DNA from: Acidimicrobiia bacterium
GTDB taxonomy: Bacteria; Actinomycetota; Acidimicrobiia; Spongiisociales; ZC4RG35
Assembly (NCBI GenBank): GCA_035544615.1
Contig: DATKEA010000002.1
Coordinates: 2,795-66,794, forward strand
Reading direction: 5' to 3'
DNA length: 64,000 nucleotides
Made by a program: the position numbers and the translations under genes. Every line of letters begins with the position of its first letter. Within the stretch, counting starts at the first letter, position 1. The notes beneath the pieces were generated by a model, which was not told the DNA's origin, searched no databases, and saw only the letters and a list, made by a program, of their open reading frames with translations. Below, in pieces: positions 19,195-28,073 of this stretch.

Positions 19195-21195
19195 GTGAAC
19201 CGAACTCTGCGCACACTCGTCGTCTACGGACTGTCGATCATCATGCTGGCAATCCTCGCCCAATGGTGGTTTGACCAGGTCCAGGGTCCCGAGCCCGTAG
19301 AGCTGTCGCAGTTCATCAACAGCGTCGAGTCGGGCGAGTACGAAACCGTCGAGATGCTGGCCCGCTCCAACGAGCTTCAGGGGCGCAAGATCGACTCTCC
19401 CCTCCCCGACGAGGCCTGGGACGAGTTCTCGACCTATCCGGAGGGTTTCGAGGGCGACCTGGTCACTCTCCTCCGAGAGTCGGGGACGACGTTCAGCACC
19501 GACGCTCAGCCACCCGGTTTCTGGGAAGTCTTGATCAGCTTCCTCCCGTGGCTCTTCCTGCTCGGGTTCATGGTCTTCATCTTCATGCAGATGCAGGGCG
19601 GTGGGAATCGCGTCATGCAGTTCGGCAAGTCGCGAGCCAAGCTGGTCGGGAAGGAGCAACCCAAGGTCACCTTCGACGATGTCGCCGGTCTGATCGAGGC
19701 AAAGGAAGAGCTCGAGGAGATCAAGGACTTTCTCCAGAATCCGGAGAAGTACCGCCTGATGGGGGCGAAGATCCCCCGAGGCGTCCTCCTCTTTGGCCCT
19801 CCTGGCACCGGCAAGACATTGCTGGCCAAGGCTGTGGCTGGAGAAGCCGGAGTGCCCTTCCTCTCCATCTCGGGCTCGGATTTCGTCGAGATGTTCGTCG
19901 GTGTCGGTGCATCCCGGGTCCGTGACCTGTTCGATCAGGCCAAGCAGAGTGCCCCCGCCATCGTCTTCATCGACGAGATCGACGCCGTGGGGCGTCACCG
20001 TGGCGCCGGTCTCGGTGGTGGACACGACGAGCGGGAGCAGACACTGAACCAGCTTCTCGTCGAGCTGGACGGTTTCGAGGGCAATGCCGGGGTGATCGTC
20101 ATGGCCGCTACCAACCGTCCCGACATCCTCGATCCCGCCTTGCTTCGCCCCGGTCGCTTCGACCGTCAGATCGTCGTCGACGCGCCCGATCTGGAAGGAC
20201 GCAAGGCGATCCTCGAGGTGCACTCGCAGGGCAAGCCGCTCTCCAACGAGATCGACCTCGGCGTTCTGGCCAGACGTACCCCGGGATTCACCGGCGCCGA
20301 TCTCGCCAACCTGATCAACGAAGCAGCCTTGCTCGCCACCCGGCGTCGGCGCAAGGACATCGGCATGGACGAGCTCGAGGAGGCCATCGACCGGGTCATC
20401 GCCGGGCCTGAGCGCAAGACCAAGGTCATGTCGGACGAGGAAAAGAAGCTCATCGCCTACCACGAGACCGGCCATGCCCTGGTCGGCTATGCACTTCCCA
20501 ACTCTGACCCGGTGCACAAGGTGACCATCGTGGCTCGGGGCCGCTCGTTGGGTCACACACTGGCCCTGCCCACCCATGACAAGTATCTGGTGCGTCGTTC
20601 TGAGCTGGTCGACCAGCTCGCCATGTTGCTCGGGGGCCGCACCGCCGAGGAGATCATCTTTGCCGACCCGACCACAGGGGCAGCCAACGACATCGAGAAG
20701 GCCACTGCCATTGCCCGCAAGATGGTGATGGAGTACGGGATGAGTGACATCCTCGGGCCGATGCAGTACGGAAAACCCAACGGAGAGGTGTTCCTGGGCA
20801 GAGACTATTCGCGTCAGCAGGACTACTCGGACGAGGTGGCGGCGAATATCGACAACGAGGTTCGCAAGATGATCAACGCCGCCCACGAGGAGGCGCGTCT
20901 GATTCTCGAGAGACACGAGCCTGCAATGGAGAGGATGGTCGAACTGCTGATGGAGAAGGAGACGGTCGACCGTGAGGAAGTTGCCGAGCTCTTCTCCGAC
21001 GTCCCCAAGTGGGAGCACACCGCCGAGGGTGCGCTCCGCATCAAGTACCCCGAGAACCCGGTGATCCCCCAGCCGCGCGAGGAGCTGATCGCAGCCGCGG
21101 AAGAGACCGATGAGGAAGAAGACCCGGTGACGGAGTCGCTGACCCTCAATCGCAAGCTGCGACGCCGGGCCCGGCCCGCCGACGCCGGCGCCTGA
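19195..21195 (+). CDS. ftsH: ATP-dependent zinc metalloprotease FtsH
   Basis: Two N-terminal TM segments, AAA Walker [14 protein letters not shown], Walker [32 protein letters not shown] and HETGH zinc site. GTG start. Confidence 0.95.
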   Translation: MNRTLRTLVVYGLSIIMLAILAQWWFDQVQGPEPVELSQFINSVESGEYETVEMLARSNELQGRKIDSPLPDEAWDEFSTYPEGFEGDLVTLLRESGTTFSTDAQPPGFWEVLISFLPWLFLLGFMVFIFMQMQGGGNRVMQFGKSRAKLVGKEQPKVTFDDVAGLIEAKEELEEIKDFLQNPEKYRLMGAKIPRGVLLFGPPGTGKTLLAKAVAGEAGVPFLSISGSDFVEMFVGVGASRVRDLFDQAKQSAPAIVFIDEIDAVGRHRGAGLGGGHDEREQTLNQLLVELDGFEGNAGVIVMAATNRPDILDPALLRPGRFDRQIVVDAPDLEGRKAILEVHSQGKPLSNEIDLGVLARRTPGFTGADLANLINEAALLATRRRRKDIGMDELEEAIDRVIAGPERKTKVMSDEEKKLIAYHETGHALVGYALPNSDPVHKVTIVARGRSLGHTLALPTHDKYLVRRSELVDQLAMLLGGRTAEEIIFADPTTGAANDIEKATAIARKMVMEYGMSDILGPMQYGKPNGEVFLGRDYSRQQDYSDEVAANIDNEVRKMINAAHEEARLILERHEPAMERMVELLMEKETVDREEVAELFSDVPKWEHTAEGALRIKYPENPVIPQPREELIAAAEETDEEEDPVTESLTLNRKLRRRARPADAGA

Positions 21196-21242
21196 TCAGG
21201 TCGATCAGATTCGATAGGTCGTTAGGCGAGGGGTCGGCCCGG

Positions 21243-21984
21243 TCAGCCCAACCGGTCTATTCGGATATCTCCAGACACCAGGCGGATCTTCGCCGTGATC
21301 TCTCGTTCCGGCGGCTCGGCCTTTGCACTTGGGGATGGCAGCCTGACCCGACCGGAGAAGGTATTGGCGTCGAGGTCCAGCCGGGTCCGCGTCGGAATCC
21401 CGATACGCACGCTCCCCGACATCGACTTGACGTTCAGCGAAGGCCCGGTGAGCTCGCCCACCCGGATGTCGCCGGACAGAGTGGCACAGGCGATAATCCC
21501 GACGCTTTGATCGATGGTGATGTTGCCCGACGCGGTCGAGAGATCGGCGCGTTCGAGGAGTTGTGAGATTCGGATGTCTCCCCGAAGCCGTTATGCACCG
21601 TGCCTCACCCTCGACCCGGTTGCCGCTGACGCTGCCGCTGGCAGTCTTGACCTGGAGCCGGATGGCAGTGTTGAAGGAGACATCTCCACTGGCGCTTGCC
21701 ACTTCCAGACGGGCGACCGGAGTGACGATGTTGACGTCGCCGCTGGCGGTCGACACCTCGACATCGGTTGGCTGGGGCACCTGCACGGTGACGAAGGCCC
21801 GTCTGGCCTTCTCGCCTCCGGCGACGATGGCGTCCCCGCGCTGGCGAATATCGAACGTCGGATCGCGGGTGTCCACCGAGACTCTCACCACCCCGGGCTC
21901 GCCTGCTTCGACGGCGACCCGGCCCGAGGCAATGGCGACCTTCACCAAGCTTGGCGAGTCGACCGAGAACTCTCGCTCGATCAC
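21243..21984 (-). pseudogene. DUF4097-type beta-strand-repeat protein interrupted by a 1-nt frameshift
   Basis: The N-terminal 133 codons are in the frame of ORF 21205..21984 (repeats ASGDVN/ASGDVS/ASGSVS/ITASG). The repeat pattern then continues only in the +1 frame (DIRISQLLERADLSTASGNITID...LSGDIRVGELTG...MSGSVRIGIPT...VSGDIRIDRLG), ending at 21243. The switch lies at the C4 run 21580-21583. Total length is 742 nt, which is 3n+1. Confidence 0.7.
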
Positions 21985-22442
21985 AGATCGAGAGTCTTTC
22001 TGACCGATTGGGAAGCCACTCGCTCGTAGGCCCTGGAGCGAAGGGCATCGACCACGAACGAATTGACCGAGTCGCCCGCCCCGTCCGCCGCCTCGGCTAT
22101 CAGGTCCTTGAGATAGCCGGGGAGACGTAGCGTGATCCTGGCTTCGGCGTCCATCGCGTCGCCGGGGGAGGGAGGAGTCGGTGGGGTAGGGATTCTCGAC
22201 TCATCGTGTCGCACCAACAGCTCGGGGTCACCCTCGACGAGTCGGATGTCGACTCGCTGACCTGACAGCTGCCCGTTGACCTCCTGGGCTGCCATCTCGA
22301 CGACGTCCATCAGTGTCTGCTTGATGGCAGGTCGGAGCACCTCGAGCAGATCGGACCCGACACCAGCCAGTTCGGGGTCGGTGAGACGAAGCTGGGCTTC
22401 GACCGCCGCCTCCATCTGCAGGGCTGCCTGGGTCAGTTGCAT
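21981..22442 (-). CDS. Hypothetical protein with C-terminal ribbon-helix-helix (Arc/CopG/HicB-antitoxin-like) domain
   Basis: ATG at 22442 with GAAGAAGG upstream. The C-terminus ARITLRLPGYLKDLIAEAADGAGDSVNSFVVDALRSRA fits an RHH pattern. ATGA overlap with the DUF4097 gene. The longer ORF to 23105 is antisense to folE and is rejected. Confidence 0.6.
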   Translation of the reverse strand: MQLTQAALQMEAAVEAQLRLTDPELAGVGSDLLEVLRPAIKQTLMDVVEMAAQEVNGQLSGQRVDIRLVEGDPELLVRHDESRIPTPPTPPSPGDAMDAEARITLRLPGYLKDLIAEAADGAGDSVNSFVVDALRSRAYERVASQSVRKTLDL

Positions 22443-22580
22443 CGCCGGACCTTCTTCAGCTCTCGGATGCGGTCCTCCAACTGGGCTTGGAGGCTGTCCT
22501 GAGTGTGGATGAACATCATCTTGCCTGAGGGCCGGAGAGACGCCACAAGTATTTGCGCGACGGGCCACTAGTTTCATCGG

Positions 22581-23156
22581 ATGACCGTGATCGACCAGGC
22601 ACGAATCGAGAAAGCCGTACGCGAGATCATCGAGGCTTTGGGTGAGGACCCGGAGCGGGAGGGTCTCCTCGAGACGCCGCAACGGGTGGCCAAGTTCTAC
22701 GCCGAGGTCTTCGAAGGTCTCCATCGCGACCCGGGTGACGTCGTTGATGCCTTCTTCGGGGAGGAGCACTACCAGGAGATAGTGATGGTTCGTGAGATTC
22801 CTTTCTATTCGATGTGCGAGCACCACCTCGTCCCCTTCCACGGTGAGGCCCACGTGGCATACATGCCCAGAGGGCGGGTCACCGGGCTCTCCAAGCTCGC
22901 CCGGCTCGTCGATGGCTTCGCTCGGAGGCCACAGATGCAGGAGCGTCTCACCGCTCAGGTAGCCGACGCTCTCAACGAGCGCCTCGACCCACTTGGCGTT
23001 CTGGTGGTGGTCGAGGCGGAGCACCTCTGCATGTCGATGCGGGGGGTGAAGAAGCCCGGAGCCACGACGGTGACCTCGGCAGTGCGTGGGGTGATGGAGT
23101 CCCAACCTGCGACCCGCGCCGAGGCCATGTCGCTCCTGTTCGGAACCACACGCTGA
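22581..23156 (+). CDS. folE: GTP cyclohydrolase I
   Basis: [27 protein letters not shown] and [12 protein letters not shown] motifs. Confidence 0.95.
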   Translation: MTVIDQARIEKAVREIIEALGEDPEREGLLETPQRVAKFYAEVFEGLHRDPGDVVDAFFGEEHYQEIVMVREIPFYSMCEHHLVPFHGEAHVAYMPRGRVTGLSKLARLVDGFARRPQMQERLTAQVADALNERLDPLGVLVVVEAEHLCMSMRGVKKPGATTVTSAVRGVMESQPATRAEAMSLLFGTTR

Positions 23157-23158
23157 GA

Positions 23159-24022
23159 GTGACTTCCGGCCCCTGGCGGCTTCGCACCAGGTCCCTCGGC
23201 ACCGACTCCGGGATCCTGATGGGTGTCGTCAATGTGACCCCCGACTCCTTCTCTGACGGGGGCCTTCGCTTGCTCAGGGCCGATGCCGTCGAGGCGGGAC
23301 GGGAGATGATCGAGAACGGCGCCGACGTGATCGACGTCGGCGGAGAGTCGACCCGTCCCGGATCAGATCCGGTGACCGTCGAGGTGGAGCTCGCCCGGGT
23401 GGTCCCGGTCATCGAGGACCTCGCCTCCGAAGGCGCGGTGGTGTCGGTCGACACCTCGAAGCCCGAAGTGGCCCGCGCCGCGGTCGCGGCCGGCGCCGAG
23501 ATCGTGAACGACGTCACTGCCGCTTCGGCCACCGACATGATCGCGGTGCTGGCCGAGTCGAGGGCGGGCGTGGTCCTGATGCACATGAAGGGAGCACCGA
23601 GGACGATGCAACAGGACCCGGTGTACGACGATGTCGTCGGTGAAGTGACTGCATTCCTCGCTGAGCGGGCCCGAGCTCTGGTCGGCCAGGGCGTGGCCCC
23701 CGATTCCATCGCTCTCGACCCCGGGATCGGGTTTGGCAAGACGACTGCTCACAACCTCGAGTTGATCGATGGGCTCGGCCATCTGGCCCGTCTCGGGTTT
23801 CCCGTGGTGCTCGGCGCCTCGCGAAAGTCATTTCTCGGCGAGATAACCGGGATCGCGGACCCGGGGTTGCGCGATGCTGCCACCGCAGTGACCACCGCCC
23901 TCGGATTCTTGCGTGGAGCCAGAGTTTTTCGGGTGCACGACGTCATCGCATCCCGGGATGCCCTCCGCATTGCCGCCGCTATCGTGAATTCCCAGCAATG
24001 GGACGAATGGTCGCGGGACTAA
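23159..24022 (+). CDS. folP: Dihydropteroate synthase
   Basis: MGVVNVTPDSFSDGG, DVIDVGGESTRPG, DPGIGFGKT and GASRKSF motifs. GTG start. Confidence 0.9.
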   Translation: MTSGPWRLRTRSLGTDSGILMGVVNVTPDSFSDGGLRLLRADAVEAGREMIENGADVIDVGGESTRPGSDPVTVEVELARVVPVIEDLASEGAVVSVDTSKPEVARAAVAAGAEIVNDVTAASATDMIAVLAESRAGVVLMHMKGAPRTMQQDPVYDDVVGEVTAFLAERARALVGQGVAPDSIALDPGIGFGKTTAHNLELIDGLGHLARLGFPVVLGASRKSFLGEITGIADPGLRDAATAVTTALGFLRGARVFRVHDVIASRDALRIAAAIVNSQQWDEWSRD

Positions 24023-24492
24023 AGCCCCGGGGTTTCACCTGGGTCATATCGGACCGTCTCGCGGTTTCCGAGCGGGTTGGTGGCTCCGGCTTCCAACACC
24101 GGCGGGTGCGACGGGAGGAAGAGATCACCTGGCTCGTGGAGGAGGCGAAGATCAACACCGTCGTCTCGATGCTCCCGGGCAACCAGAACCTACTTGCCTA
24201 TCGGGAGGCAGGCATCACGACTTATTCGGTCCCCATCGGGTTCGAGTTTGACGCCAAAGAGGTGCAGGATTTCTTCAAGACTCTGAGCAAAGCGACGTCG
24301 AAGAGCAACGCCAAGGTCCTGGTCCATCGAGAGGCAATCGACGACACCGTCGGAGGGTTGCTCGGTGGGTTTCTGGTCGTGTCCGGGTTGGTGGAAGACC
24401 CGATTCTGGCTCTCGCCGTGATACAGCAGATCCTGGGAAGGGCTCTCGGCCCCGAGGGCCGCTCGTTGATCCCCGCGACCACCGCTTCGTGA
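23998..24492 (+). CDS. Dual-specificity-phosphatase-fold protein lacking the Cys-X5-Arg catalytic loop (putative pseudophosphatase)
   Basis: The layout parallels DSPs: WVISDRLAVSE..., KINTVVSML, YREAGITTYSVPI, then KVLVHREAIDDTVGGLLGGFLV where HCxxGxxR(S/T) is expected. It overlaps the folP end by 25 nt and the folB start by 4 nt. Confidence 0.5.
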   Translation: MGRMVAGLKPRGFTWVISDRLAVSERVGGSGFQHRRVRREEEITWLVEEAKINTVVSMLPGNQNLLAYREAGITTYSVPIGFEFDAKEVQDFFKTLSKATSKSNAKVLVHREAIDDTVGGLLGGFLVVSGLVEDPILALAVIQQILGRALGPEGRSLIPATTAS

Positions 24493-24848
24493 CCGATCGG
24501 ATCGAGCTACGAGGCATCGAGGTATTGGCACGCCACGGTGTGCTCGAGCACGAGAAGGTCGAACCTCAGCTCTTCCGGGTAGATCTGACGGTCTTCTTCA
24601 GTCTGGCGGCGGCAGCCCGCTCCGACGACCTGGCGGACACGATCGACTATGGGAGGCTGGCCCAGGCGACGCACGACCTGGTCGAGTCGGAGAGTCATCG
24701 GCTGATCGAAACGCTGGCTGAACGTGTGGCCCAGCTGGTCCTTGCCGAGCCCGGGGTGGAGCGTGTGCTGGTCACCATTCACAAGCCCGACGCCCCGATT
24801 CCCCTCCAGTTCGAGGACGTAGCGGTCACGATCGATCGGCCGCGATGA
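24489..24848 (+). CDS. folB: Dihydroneopterin aldolase
   Basis: IELRGIEVLARHGVLEHEKVEPQLFRVDL and DTIDYGRLA are typical FolB sequences. It holds the conserved folP-folB-folK position. Confidence 0.9.
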   Translation: MTDRIELRGIEVLARHGVLEHEKVEPQLFRVDLTVFFSLAAAARSDDLADTIDYGRLAQATHDLVESESHRLIETLAERVAQLVLAEPGVERVLVTIHKPDAPIPLQFEDVAVTIDRPR

Positions 24849-25798
24849 CCAGATACGCCATCGCCCTCGGCTCCAACCTCGGAGACCGGGTCCAACACCT
24901 TCGTGCCGCCTTGGTCGAGATCAGTCGGATGGGAGAGATCCGGGGGGTTTCGGGCTTGTACGAGACGGCGCCGCTCGGGGGTCCGGCGCAGGACCCATAT
25001 CTCAACGCGGTCGTGATCGTCGAGTGTCCGCTTCAGCCGCGCCAGTTGCTCGATCGGCTCCAGGCAGTCGAGTCGGATCTCGGTCGTGAGAGACCCGTCC
25101 GATGGGGGCCCCGAACTCTCGACCTCGACATCATCGCGACGGATGGCGACCCGGTGCAGACACCCGAGTTGGAGATCCCCCACCGACGGGCGGCCGAACG
25201 GCGCTTCGTGCTCGAGCCGCTTGCCGAGGTGTGGCCCGAGGCGATGGTTGGCGATGGGATGTCGGCGGCGGCAGCGAGGGGTCTCGTGGCCGATCAGGTG
25301 GTCGAGCTACTCCTATTGGACTGGGCCGATGCATCCGCCCCCAGCCCCGGCCGCTACTGGGTGGGGGCTCAATTGGTGTTGATCTTCGCCATCGCGGTGG
25401 CGATCGGCATCGACGGCTCGCTTCCCGACTCGGGTCTTGGCGTCACCCGAATCGGGGGTGGACTGCTACTCGTACTCGGGATCTCGACGGTGTCGCTGGC
25501 TGCTCGGGCTCTGGGCCAGTCACTGACCGCGATGCCTGAGCCGATTCCGGGCGCGGCAATGGTGGATACCGGCGTCTACTCGCGGGCTCGTCATCCCATC
25601 TACGGGGGAGTAATCCTGGTGATGCTTGGCGCATCGCTACTTCTGGCCAGCGCATGGGCGGCCCTGTTGAGCATCGGGCTCTTTGGGTTCTTCTGGGCCA
25701 AGTCGACCTATGAGGAGCGAATGTTGCGAGTTGCCCATCCCGGCTACCGGGCCTATCGCCGCCGGGTTCGTCGTCGAATGATCCCCTTCGTGGTCTGA
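24845..25798 (+). CDS. folK: HPPK (FolK) fused to a C-terminal polytopic ICMT/PEMT-like methyltransferase-family membrane domain
   Basis: The N-terminal ~150 aa carry HPPK motifs (ALGSNLGDR, YETAPLGGPAQDPYLNAVV, RWGPRTLDLDII, IPHRRAAERRFVLEPL). The C-terminal ~155 aa have 4-5 TM segments plus TGVYSRARHPIYGGVIL, the ICMT-family RHPxY-GG signature. Confidence 0.85.
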   Translation: MTRYAIALGSNLGDRVQHLRAALVEISRMGEIRGVSGLYETAPLGGPAQDPYLNAVVIVECPLQPRQLLDRLQAVESDLGRERPVRWGPRTLDLDIIATDGDPVQTPELEIPHRRAAERRFVLEPLAEVWPEAMVGDGMSAAAARGLVADQVVELLLLDWADASAPSPGRYWVGAQLVLIFAIAVAIGIDGSLPDSGLGVTRIGGGLLLVLGISTVSLAARALGQSLTAMPEPIPGAAMVDTGVYSRARHPIYGGVILVMLGASLLLASAWAALLSIGLFGFFWAKSTYEERMLRVAHPGYRAYRRRVRRRMIPFVV

Positions 25799-25942
25799 GC
25801 TGGTCCGCGGCAAGAAGGACAATCGGCCCTACCACCCATCCATGGATCCGTGCTAGCTTCCACACATGGGAAGCAGCCGCGGCCCACCTTTTGTCCATGA
25901 CGATCTTCCAGCAACACGTCCAGGACAGGAGGAATGATCTAG

Positions 25943-26287
25943 ATGGCCAAACGGTCGCGAGAGCATCGCCAGGAAATCCCCGGGTACAACGAGAGTCGCC
26001 CCACGCGCGGAGAGCGCAAGCAGCAACATCGGGCGGTCAGACACCACACCCACCAGATGCTGCACATGGCGGACGACCCCGACGAGATCGTCGTGCCTGA
26101 GGTCAAGGGCGCCGGGGACAATCACGAGACTCCACCCCTCGAGCCGAACGGTGCCACAAAACGCCGGTTTCGGGTCTGGAAGACCAAGTTCTGGAAGCGG
26201 CGCGACGAGTACCACACGATGAAGTCCGAGATCGATGCGACATGGCCGGTCATCACCCCGAACCAGCTCGGGGAGGACCACATCTGA
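25943..26287 (+). CDS. Hypothetical small, highly charged (basic/His-rich) protein
   Basis: AGGAGG lies 9 nt upstream of the ATG and GC3 bias is good. It is the only credible ORF in the 585-nt gap between folK and the DUF2520 gene. No family was recognised. Confidence 0.5.
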   Translation: MAKRSREHRQEIPGYNESRPTRGERKQQHRAVRHHTHQMLHMADDPDEIVVPEVKGAGDNHETPPLEPNGATKRRFRVWKTKFWKRRDEYHTMKSEIDATWPVITPNQLGEDHI

Positions 26288-26381
26288 GCCGAGCTGAGTC
26301 GCTGCCGGAATAGCCTGGCGGCAAATCACTCGGCCAATGACCTGTGGCTACCCTCGCCGCCATGCCGGATGAGGGTGGAAT

Positions 26382-27170
26382 GTGAACTTGGTATTGGTCG
26401 GTCCGGGAAGGGCAGGTGGTTCCATCGCCATCGCCGCCACTCGGTCCGGTCACCAAATCGTCGGTGTTCTCTCCCGCTCCGCCGACCGGCGGTACGGGTC
26501 TGCGCTGAGCTGGGAGGAGTTGCCTCCAGCCGACCTGATTCTGATCGCAGTCAGGGACGAGGCCATCGAAGAGGTCGCAGACCGGCTGGCCACCATCTGT
26601 GCCTCGATACCCGTGGCCGCCCATGTCTCGGGCTTCACCCCGGTGGTCGCCCTCGAAGCCCTGGCCAGGGTTGGCCTCGCGACCGGTGGCTTTCATCCCC
26701 TGCAGACACTCCCGGATGCGGAGCGCGGTGCCGATGCCCTCGCCGGATCCTACGTTGGGATCGGTGGTGCCCCGGCCGCCCGACCCGTCCTCACCGAGCT
26801 CGCGTTGTCGCTGGGGATGAATCCGTTCGCATTGAGCGATGAGGTCCGGGCCCGATATCACGCCGGAGCGGCCGCGGCGTCCAACTTCGTGATCACGGCG
26901 CTGGAGACCGCCGGGGATCTGATGGCTGCCGCCGGGATCGAACCCGGCGTGGCGCAACCGCTCGTCGAGCGAGCGGTCGCCAATGTCTACGAACAGGGGA
27001 CAACCTCGGCGTTGACCGGGCCCATCGCCAGAGGTGACACCACGACCGTCAGGGGCCAGCTGGCGGCGGCGGCCGAGGTGTCAGCGGACGTCGGGGACCA
27101 GTACCGGCTGATGGCCGAGGCAACAGCGATACGTGCCGGCCGGAGAAGCGACAGCGTCAAATGGACCTGA
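26382..27170 (+). CDS. Rossmann-fold DUF2520 protein (ketopantoate-reductase-like, pan-operon associated)
   Basis: N-terminal dinucleotide-binding pattern VLVGPGRAGGS. Its position directly upstream of panC matches M. tuberculosis Rv3603c. GTG start. Confidence 0.7.
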   Translation: MNLVLVGPGRAGGSIAIAATRSGHQIVGVLSRSADRRYGSALSWEELPPADLILIAVRDEAIEEVADRLATICASIPVAAHVSGFTPVVALEALARVGLATGGFHPLQTLPDAERGADALAGSYVGIGGAPAARPVLTELALSLGMNPFALSDEVRARYHAGAAAASNFVITALETAGDLMAAAGIEPGVAQPLVERAVANVYEQGTTSALTGPIARGDTTTVRGQLAAAAEVSADVGDQYRLMAEATAIRAGRRSDSVKWT

Positions 27171-28048
27171 CCTCGAAGTTTGCCGGGACCAGGGAGAAGT
27201 ACCGGGGCAAGGTGGGACTGCTGCCGACGCTCGGCTACTTCCACGAAGGGCATCTCGCCCTCATGGACCTGCTCCGGGAACGATGTGACACCCTGGTCGT
27301 GTCCCTGTTCGTCAACCCGACCCAGTTCGGTGATGAAGCCGACTTCGCCGCCTACCCCCGCGACACCGAGCGGGATGCCCGTCTGGCAGAGGGCCAATCG
27401 GTTGACATCCTCTTCGTGCCGGAGCTCGAAGAGGTGTACCCGGTGGGCCAGACCACGATCGTCGAGGTCGGAGGCGTCTCGCAGGAGATGGAAGGCAGAT
27501 ACCGACCGGGTCACTTCAGGGGTGTCGCCACGGTCGTCGCCAAGTTGTTCGCCGGTCTCCAACCGGATATCGCCTTGTTCGGGCGAAAGGATGCCCAACA
27601 ACTCGCCGTGCTCAGGGCGATGGTGCGCGATCTCAGATTTCCGGTTTCGATCATCGATGCCCCGCTCATTCGCGAACCGGACGGGTTTGCCCTCTCCAGC
27701 CGGAATGTCCGTCTCGACCGCGGGGCGCGTGAACGAGCTCTGGCCCTGAGCCGGGGTCTCTTTCAGGCAGCAGAGCAGGCAGACGCCGGCGAACGGCGGG
27801 CGGAACGTCTCGAAGCAACGGCGCGCAGGGCAATGAAGGGTCTCGAGGTCGATTACGCCACCCTCGCCTCGCAGGACACGATGGAATCCATGGCCCAACT
27901 CGATCGGCCGGCCGTCCTGGCCGTCGCCGCCCACGTTGCCGGGGTTCGGCTCATCGACAACATTGCCTTCGACTGGCGTGACAGCAAGCTGGTGCCCGAC
28001 CGGGGATTGATCCTCAGCGAGCCCAGCCGCCTCGGTACCCTGCCCTGA
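27161..28048 (+). CDS. panC: Pantoate--beta-alanine ligase
   Basis: LPTLGYFHEGHLALM (HxGH), VSLFVNPTQFG, FGRKDAQQL and LSSRN motifs. Confidence 0.95.
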   Translation: MDLTSKFAGTREKYRGKVGLLPTLGYFHEGHLALMDLLRERCDTLVVSLFVNPTQFGDEADFAAYPRDTERDARLAEGQSVDILFVPELEEVYPVGQTTIVEVGGVSQEMEGRYRPGHFRGVATVVAKLFAGLQPDIALFGRKDAQQLAVLRAMVRDLRFPVSIIDAPLIREPDGFALSSRNVRLDRGARERALALSRGLFQAAEQADAGERRAERLEATARRAMKGLEVDYATLASQDTMESMAQLDRPAVLAVAAHVAGVRLIDNIAFDWRDSKLVPDRGLILSEPSRLGTLP

Positions 28049-28073
28049 TTCTCCGCCCAACCATCGAGCCCGT

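Noticed and set aside
19135-21018. 627-aa ORF antisense to ftsH
   Set aside because: It overlaps ftsH entirely, and ftsH has unambiguous AAA/HEXXH motifs. The translation is Leu/Val/Gly/Asp-rich mirror-frame text with no motifs. This is the usual long antisense open frame of high-GC DNA.
22443-23105. Upstream extension of the RHH gene ORF (21981..23105)
   Set aside because: It runs antisense through folE, which is strongly supported. The extension is His/Pro/Gly-rich with no motifs. ATG 22442 with an upstream purine-rich RBS is a sensible start.
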